IMG/VR virus record: IMGVR_UViG_3300027816_000056
DNA from: a virus
Strand: one strand, 5' to 3'
DNA length: 64,000 nucleotides
The number at the start of each line of letters is the position of its first letter. Position 1 is the first letter of the stretch. Below the pieces are notes generated by a model. It made no database searches and was not told the origin of the DNA. It saw nothing but the letters and a program-made list of their open reading frames with translations. Below are positions 59,256 to 64,000 of the stretch, in pieces. Position numbers and translations under genes: made by a program.

Positions 59256-59420
59256 TTATCCGAAGAATCCTCCGGCGGATAGGATCCAAATGAAGATTGC
59301 TGCATCTATCAACTTATAGAAGATGTTGTGTTCTCCGCTTTTAGGGCGTCCATGGAAGTGTGCTGTGATCAACAATTGAAGTCCTATTAGAACTAGTAAA
59401 ATGATTTGTGGTGCTCCCAT
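59256..59420 (-). CDS. Small 2-TM membrane protein (54 aa)
   Basis: MGAPQIILLVLIGLQLLITAHFHGRPKSGEHNIFYKLIDAAIFIWILSAGGFFG. Confidence 0.65.
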   Translation of the reverse strand: MGAPQIILLVLIGLQLLITAHFHGRPKSGEHNIFYKLIDAAIFIWILSAGGFFG

Positions 59421-59428
59421 CGTGTTAA

Positions 59429-59695
59429 TTAATTAAGGTTAATACTGTTATTGATTGCTTCGCGGCTCAAATCCATCGCCGTAGTCTTGCTTGTCTTTGC
59501 CTCAGCAAACTTTGCCAATACCGCAGCCATCTCCATTACTTCTCCGCGGGATACGGCTTTCATCAACATCGGTATGATTAGGCTCAATGCTGCGAAATCT
59601 TCGTCTCCGGTTATGATTGCTAGGTTCAATGCACTCTCTGCGGATTCATTCATTTGAGCTCCTAGCTCCTGGATCATTCTTCTTAGTTCTTCCAT
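59429..59695 (-). CDS. Early hypothetical protein
   Basis: AAGAGAGAGATG leader. Confidence 0.7.
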   Translation of the reverse strand: MEELRRMIQELGAQMNESAESALNLAIITGDEDFAALSLIIPMLMKAVSRGEVMEMAAVLAKFAEAKTSKTTAMDLSREAINNSINLN

Positions 59696-59713
59696 CTCTC
59701 TCTTTTTTAGTTA

Positions 59714-59830
59714 TTAATTTAATGATACTGTGTTAACAAACAATACACCGGCTAAATGCTGCTGTAAACGCTTTCTTTCGATTTGCTCTACCTGGAGCTT
59801 TGCTGTGAGTCTTTTAAATGGCTTTTTCAT
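59714..59830 (-). CDS. Small early protein (38 aa)
   Basis: MKKPFKRLTAKLQVEQIERKRLQQHLAGVLFVNTVSLN, immediately after a promoter repeat. Confidence 0.55.
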   Translation of the reverse strand: MKKPFKRLTAKLQVEQIERKRLQQHLAGVLFVNTVSLN

Positions 59831-59908
59831 ATCTCTTAATTTTATAATATAAAGATAAGGATAATATCAATGCGTGTCAAGCATTTTCCGGAAAAAGTTT
59901 CAGAAAAG

Positions 59909-60649
59909 TTACAGGTATTGTTCTAGCAATTGGATTCCTGGTAGTTTAGCCAATGCCAACTCGGCACCACGTACCAGCTGTCTTGCGCGCTCATTGGTTA
60001 CTCCCATCTCCTCAGCAATCTGATCCATGCACTGTGGATACTCCCTGCCAATGCCATAAAAGCGTGTAATAGCTTCGGCCTGCTTCGGCTTGAGTTGGTT
60101 CAATGCTCTTTGTAGGTCATACTGGAGATCTGCTGTGTCACGTGCTGATTTGGTGCTGTCTGCTGCCAAATAACGATCCGCATAGGTTTCTTTGTTCTCG
60201 TCATCACCTACCGGAGCATGGATGCTTTTAACGTATTGCTCTTCGGTTGCTGTCTTGTGGCTAGGGATCCTAACAACTCTGGAAAGGTCATTCAATGCCT
60301 TTTGCAACTCAGCACGGATATACCATACCGCAAAGGTAATGAACTTGACACCTTTATCCGGATTGAAACGCTCTGCGGCTTCGAACAATCCAATATTACC
60401 AAAGGCAATAAGATCCTCCAAAGGCAATCCCATTCCCTGATACTGCTTGGCTACTTGCACCACAAAGCGAAGGTTGGCTTCTACCAAAGCATTAACAGCC
60501 TTTCGGTCTCCTGCTGCCGCTGCCGCAGCTACTGCCTTCTCTTGTTCTCGGGTGAATGCGGCAGGCTTCTTAATCTCCTGCATATAGCGTAATGTGCTTG
60601 CTACATCTGTTACTATTGCTCCTGTGCTTACGTGAATCTTCTTTCTCAT
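59909..60649 (-). CDS. Sigma-70 family RNA polymerase sigma factor (RpoD/RpoS-like, regions 1.2-2-4)
   Basis: LVEANLRFVVQVAKQYQ, DLIAFGNIGL, KFITFAVWYIR, VRIP, IAEEMGVTNERARQL; likely start MRKKIH. Confidence 0.93.
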   Translation of the reverse strand: MRKKIHVSTGAIVTDVASTLRYMQEIKKPAAFTREQEKAVAAAAAAGDRKAVNALVEANLRFVVQVAKQYQGMGLPLEDLIAFGNIGLFEAAERFNPDKGVKFITFAVWYIRAELQKALNDLSRVVRIPSHKTATEEQYVKSIHAPVGDDENKETYADRYLAADSTKSARDTADLQYDLQRALNQLKPKQAEAITRFYGIGREYPQCMDQIAEEMGVTNERARQLVRGAELALAKLPGIQLLEQYL

Positions 60650-60650
60650 C

Positions 60651-60752
60651 TTATTTTTGTAACTCGTTAACTGATTGGACAATTATTTTAACGCAACTGG
60701 CGATCATCAATACTAGGACCGCCATTGCCAATGTGCATGCTACTACTTTCAT
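60651..60752 (-). CDS. Small hydrophobic protein (33 aa)
   Basis: MKVVACTLAMAVLVLMIASCVKIIVQSVNELQK; ATGA overlap with upstream gene. Confidence 0.45.
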   Translation of the reverse strand: MKVVACTLAMAVLVLMIASCVKIIVQSVNELQK

Positions 60753-60946
60753 CTTCCTGTGGTTAAGAATAAAAATGATACTCTTACCGGCTCTGCCTGC
60801 TTAGCTCGGTACTCTGCATTCTTGCGTCCCTGCGCTAATGCCTGGTCTACCGTTTTGGTATTCCCTCCTGTCTTTGCATCTCGGGTGAACTGACCCAATA
60901 CTGCTGCTTGTCTTTCGAATCCTGAATTTTTTGCTTTCTTTGCCAT
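60749..60946 (-). CDS. Early hypothetical protein
   Basis: Follows a promoter repeat. Confidence 0.7.
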   Translation of the reverse strand: MAKKAKNSGFERQAAVLGQFTRDAKTGGNTKTVDQALAQGRKNAEYRAKQAEPVRVSFLFLTTGR

Positions 60947-61028
60947 ATCTCTTATTTTTTTATATACTTAAATTTAATGAATTAATCAATGCGTGTCAAC
61001 CTTTTTCCAAGAAAAGTTTAAACTTTTT

Positions 61029-61217
61029 TTATGGAACGTCCTCCGTGTCATATAAATCTAGTTCCGGTGGAACACCTTCATCTTCCCGGGTAATGCAATC
61101 TACATATCCTTTGCCTTCAGCTACCATTAACCATGCCTCTTCTTCAGTCTCAGCTTCGACTTCATAACTCTGAATCAACGTTGCCGGGATCCTTTCTTCA
61201 AACTTAAACTTCTTCAT
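61029..61217 (-). CDS. Early acidic hypothetical protein
   Basis: YEVEAETEEEA motif common in small phage proteins. Confidence 0.7.
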   Translation of the reverse strand: MKKFKFEERIPATLIQSYEVEAETEEEAWLMVAEGKGYVDCITREDEGVPPELDLYDTEDVP

Positions 61218-61220
61218 ATC

Positions 61221-61439
61221 CTACTTATTAAATGGTTGTACAACTCCGCACTTTAAAAGTGCCTCAATCAAATCCGGGCGAGGCACAAAGCCATTAGGCA
61301 TAAATTGATCCAGGTAAGTGTCTGTGCATGGCTCTGTTGCATCAAATTCCTCATTGAACTCAGCTTCCAAAAGTCCTTCCAAAAACATGGCAATGTCTGC
61401 TGCCATTAAGATGTCAACTTTAAATTCTCTTTCTCTCAT
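61221..61439 (-). CDS. Early hypothetical protein
   Basis: Follows a promoter repeat. Confidence 0.7.
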   Translation of the reverse strand: MREREFKVDILMAADIAMFLEGLLEAEFNEEFDATEPCTDTYLDQFMPNGFVPRPDLIEALLKCGVVQPFNK

Positions 61440-61500
61440 TTTTCTCTCTTTTTAAATTAATACTTAAATATAAGGAATAAATCAATGCGATCCTAATCTT

Positions 61501-61746
61501 TTAGCAACTTTTTTCAGACTTTTTATCTAAAGCGTCTAACTCATCAACTTTGCGATCCAATGCTGCTGCATACTTACGATCCGCTTCCTCATTCGGAATG
61601 AATCCAATATTGTAATCTGAGTTTGGATTGATAATGTAACGGCCACCCCGGTCTGCTTGTACAACAACATGCTGAGGATCAAATATCTCAATCATTGATC
61701 CAAATTCTACCTTCTTTGTAATTGTGTTTGTGAATTTTACTCTCAT
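61501..61746 (-). CDS. Early hypothetical protein
   Basis: Follows a promoter repeat; C-terminus runs into the next repeat. Confidence 0.7.
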   Translation of the reverse strand: MRVKFTNTITKKVEFGSMIEIFDPQHVVVQADRGGRYIINPNSDYNIGFIPNEEADRKYAAALDRKVDELDALDKKSEKSC

Positions 61747-61804
61747 ATCTCTCTTTTTAAATTAATACTTAAATATAATGATTATTTCAATGCGATCCTA
61801 GCAT

Positions 61805-61975
61805 TTAGGCAACTTTTTTTACAACAAAAGAATATTTGTAATAGTTACGTTCCCCCGGCGTTAAATGTGCCCGGCGACTTTTAGCATAAGCTTTTGCTTC
61901 TTCGTGATTTGCAAATTCTTTAACTACCCGGCCGGATTCTCCTATTCGGCCTCCTTTTTGAATTACTTGTGTCAT
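61805..61975 (-). CDS. Small early protein (56 aa)
   Basis: MTQVIQKGGRIGESGRVVKEFANHEEAKAYAKSRRAHLTPGERNYYKYSFVVKKVA after a promoter repeat. Confidence 0.65.
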   Translation of the reverse strand: MTQVIQKGGRIGESGRVVKEFANHEEAKAYAKSRRAHLTPGERNYYKYSFVVKKVA

Positions 61976-62028
61976 TTTTCTCTCTTTTTAAATTAATACT
62001 TAAATATACCGATTATTTCAATGCGATC

Positions 62029-62223
62029 CTAATTTTTAGGCAACTTTTTTTCTAAATTTTTTCTCTTTGCTTTTAGTCGCTTTATTTCTAACCGGCGGAG
62101 ATATGGTCCGTGATTATACGTGCTACCCGCCCAAGCCATTGTCCAAACTGTCTTGTCAGTTTTCAAAAACTCAATGCGGTTGTCAATTTTTACAATCAGA
62201 TTCTGGATTTCTTGCTGTGTCAT
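62029..62223 (-). CDS. Early hypothetical protein (start MTQQEIQ)
   Basis: GAGATATATG leader at 62223. Confidence 0.65.
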   Translation of the reverse strand: MTQQEIQNLIVKIDNRIEFLKTDKTVWTMAWAGSTYNHGPYLRRLEIKRLKAKRKNLEKKLPKN

Positions 62224-62233
62224 ATATCTCAAT

Positions 62234-62386
62234 TTACCAATTATACCATCTAAAACTTTCACTGCCACATTTGCATTTAAATGCTCTTGCCCATTTGCCT
62301 AAACTAAAATTATAAACTCGCTGGGTTACTTTGCCGCAATTATAACATTGGCACTTTTTGATTTCGGTTTGATGATTTCTACTCAT
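62234..62386 (-). CDS. Small zinc-ribbon early protein (50 aa)
   Basis: MSRNHQTEIKKCQCYNCGKV...FKCKCGSESFRWYNW after a promoter repeat. Confidence 0.65.
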   Translation of the reverse strand: MSRNHQTEIKKCQCYNCGKVTQRVYNFSLGKWARAFKCKCGSESFRWYNW

Positions 62387-62478
62387 ATCTCTCTTTTAAT
62401 TTTATAATATAAAGATAAGCATTTTTAGAATGCGTGTCAAGCATTTTCTAAAAAAAGTTGTAAAAAAGTTTGCTGGCC

Positions 62479-62835
62479 CTAAAAGCCAACAAACCCTTGT
62501 TTCAAATCTAATGCTAAATCCTCAGCTATATCCTTAAGCCGGTAATAAGGAGCATCTTCTATTTCTTCCTCAACTCGTCTAGCAACTTCTGCTACGTCAA
62601 ACCCCGATCCAAAACCATGGCATAATACAGCCTTCTGGATTTTTATCATTGCCGGAGTAGCTGCATATTCCCAATCTGCATCGCCATCAACATCACTCGC
62701 ATCGATCCCATTGGTCCACATTTCAAATACTTTAACTCTAACGGCTTCTGCAACTCGATCATTGTGGTCATACATTGCCTTGCTCCAAGGCTTAACAATT
62801 TCAATTCCGTACTCAATTTTTGCTGCTTTTTTCAT
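62479..62835 (-). CDS. Early hypothetical protein
   Basis: Follows a promoter repeat. Confidence 0.72.
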   Translation of the reverse strand: MKKAAKIEYGIEIVKPWSKAMYDHNDRVAEAVRVKVFEMWTNGIDASDVDGDADWEYAATPAMIKIQKAVLCHGFGSGFDVAEVARRVEEEIEDAPYYRLKDIAEDLALDLKQGFVGF

Positions 62836-62918
62836 ATATCTCTCTTTTTAATTTATATAAAGATAAGGAAAAGATCGATGCGAGTCAACCTTTTCCTAAA
62901 CTTTTTTTAAACTTTTTT

Positions 62919-63149
62919 TTATATTCGATTAATATCAATAATATCAATATCTTTTATTACTGCTAATAACGCGCCGCTTGAACTACGTAATCCGCTATCA
63001 AATTTCGTCCAGCCCTTATCGCCTCTCGTTACACTGTACTCTTTTAATTTAAGTACTTTTGTTACAAGACCGTGATAAGGACATGTATACGTAACATTGT
63101 ACAATTTTCCGCATGCTAACCTAGCTCCTAATAATTCTTTTTTCTTCAT
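62919..63149 (-). CDS. Early hypothetical protein
   Basis: Follows a promoter repeat. Confidence 0.68.
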   Translation of the reverse strand: MKKKELLGARLACGKLYNVTYTCPYHGLVTKVLKLKEYSVTRGDKGWTKFDSGLRSSSGALLAVIKDIDIIDINRI

Positions 63150-63239
63150 ATCTCTTATTTTTTAATTTATATAAAGATAAGCAAAATAATAATGCGATCC
63201 TAATTTTTTAGCAACTTTTTTTAAACTTTTTTTTTACAG

Positions 63240-63580
63240 TAAAAAAGGACCCGGGAATAAGAGAGAGAAACCCGAGTCCTAATATTACACAGCCGCAACC
63301 AAACCAACGCTTTACAGAAAGATGGTTTAGCCTGAAACGCGTTGCGGCTGCCTTACCTAACCTGAGAGATATGTTGTAAGCCTTGCACTTACTCGGGAGC
63401 ATCTAACCCTCCACTTGATTTTTAAAAGCAAGAGCCGGAGGTGTTAGCAAGTCGCGCTCCGAAGTGCCCTAAATGCTTGTGGTTACCGGCTCTAAGATCT
63501 AAATATTATCGTATCGATCCTTTTGGTCGCCTCTCTTACGGCATTTGGTTGGATCAACCTTCCTTCTTATTTACACTTAT
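63240..63580 (-). ncRNA. Candidate structured ncRNA (~340 nt) with loops antisense to early-gene leaders
   Basis: Own promoter (TTTGGTTGGAT..CATATTATA, 63578-63615); stems GATCC/GGATC, AGAGCCGG/CCGGCTCT, CTTAC/GTAAG, CAGCCGCAAC/GTTGCGGCTG; terminator GGACTCGGG..CCCGGGTCC-T6; no convincing ORF. Confidence 0.7.
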
Positions 63581-63614
63581 ATAATATGAAAACTATTTCT
63601 AGAATCCAACCAAA

Positions 63615-63985
63615 TCTAAAAATCAATCTAAAAATAACGCATATTGGACTAAAAATAGCCGGGGAGATACCGGTATCCATCTAGAAATAGCGTCTCTGTA
63701 TAGCTAGGTCAGCAAATGTAACGTGTGTATAGTGCAGGTTCTTCTAAAAATAGACTGGCTTTGGACTAAAAATAAAACCCGGGATTCATCTAAAAATAAG
63801 GTGATTTCGTCTAAAAATAGCCAGGGAGGGGAATATTCATCTAAAAATAGAACCACTTCGTCTAAAAATAAGTACTCTGTATAGCTAGTGATCTGAACCA
63901 AAACCGCACTACGCACGCATACGCACTACATGATGCGTACGCTCAATAGCTAGTGATCTGAACAAAGCATCTAAAAATAACCCGG
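63615..63985. repeat. Iteron-like array of CTAAAAATA(G/A)
   Basis: Copies at 63616, 63628, 63649, 63681 (variant), 63744, 63766, 63790, 63811, 63841, 63862, 63971; plus ATAGCTAG(TGATCTGAAC) three times. Confidence 0.85.
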
Positions 63986-64000
63986 GGAGGTGAGGCCATG

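Larger units (their letters stand above)
57253..63235 (-). repeat. Eleven dispersed copies of a ~85 bp early promoter/leader repeat
   Basis: Copies at about 57253, 58356, 59169, 59828, 60944, 61437, 61744, 61973, 62384, 62833, 63147. Minus-strand consensus AAAAAGTT..AAAAAGTT(T)GC..(TTGACWCGCATT or TTAGGATCGCATT)-N~13-TAWMTTTA..AAAAWAAGAGA(GA)TATG. Confidence 0.92.

Noticed and set aside
56777-63149. GAGA leader as an SD for the alternative UCUCA anti-SD of some Flavobacteriales
   Set aside because: Spacing to the start codon is mostly 0-4 nt, too short for SD-guided initiation; not fully excluded without the host 16S sequence.
57253-63235. Early repeats as a CRISPR array or integron attC array
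   Set aside because: Intervals are about 150-1000 bp and protein-coding, the repeats are degenerate promoters rather than palindromes, and no cas or integrase gene is in the window.
57410-63379. Plus-strand GAGAGATATG sites (57403, 58708, 63364) as starts of antisense genes
   Set aside because: They open only 7, ~38 and 2 codons, have no plus-strand promoter repeat, and the longest is a shadow of a real gene.
63208-63402. 64 aa ORF in the track
   Set aside because: No early leader; it runs through strong hairpins, a terminator and the promoter repeat, and is better explained as ncRNA.
63240-63580. ncRNA as tmRNA, RNase P RNA or tRNA cluster
   Set aside because: I see no tRNA-like acceptor/T-arm ends and no RNase P conserved motifs; a covariance-model search is still needed. 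No tRNA was recognised anywhere in the window.
63704-63916. 70 aa ORF with LFLDE repeats
   Set aside because: The peptide repeat is just the translated DNA repeat; similar boxes also occur outside the ORF.
63615-63985. CTAAAAATA array as a mini-CRISPR
   Set aside because: The repeat is only 9-10 bp with irregular, mostly 12-20 bp gaps.
1-64000. Stop-codon reassignment, introns/inteins or a diversity-generating retroelement
   Set aside because: Core genes are full length in the standard code, TAA, TAG and TGA all end genes, terminase/portal/primase are uninterrupted, and no reverse transcriptase is present.

Overview
A 64 kb segment of a large, AT-rich, T4-like (myovirus-type) phage genome. 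The host is most likely in the Bacteroidota, based on a Bacteroidota-type bS21, DUF4494-like and Hc1-like genes and TAnnTTT-type -7 boxes. Almost all genes are on the minus strand and use the standard code. Positions 1-11.5 kb hold the head and packaging module: PhoH, major capsid, scaffold, ribosomal protein bS21, prohead protease, portal, large terminase and a spanin-like pair. Positions 13-23 kb encode a HIGH-nucleotidyltransferase/ligase-like fusion, an Mre11-Rad50 fusion, a primase and an endonuclease I-like resolvase. Positions 26-41.5 kb hold baseplate and tail genes and a gp55-like late sigma factor. Positions 41.5-56.4 kb are accessory genes, many with an N-terminal capsid-targeting-like leader. 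Positions 56.4-64 kb form a more GC-rich early region: small gene cassettes behind 11 copies of a ~85 bp promoter repeat, a sigma-70 gene, a G/C-tract element at the left end and an iteron-like array at the right end. The most striking observation is a candidate RNA-based regulatory system. About 15 early genes share an (A)AGAGA(GA)(TA)TG start leader. A ~340 nt structured ncRNA (63240-63580) and two homologous 3'-UTR hairpin modules display the exact complement of that leader (CAUAUCUCUC and UUUCUCUCUCUUAUU). All calls come from motif recognition by eye; no database search was run.
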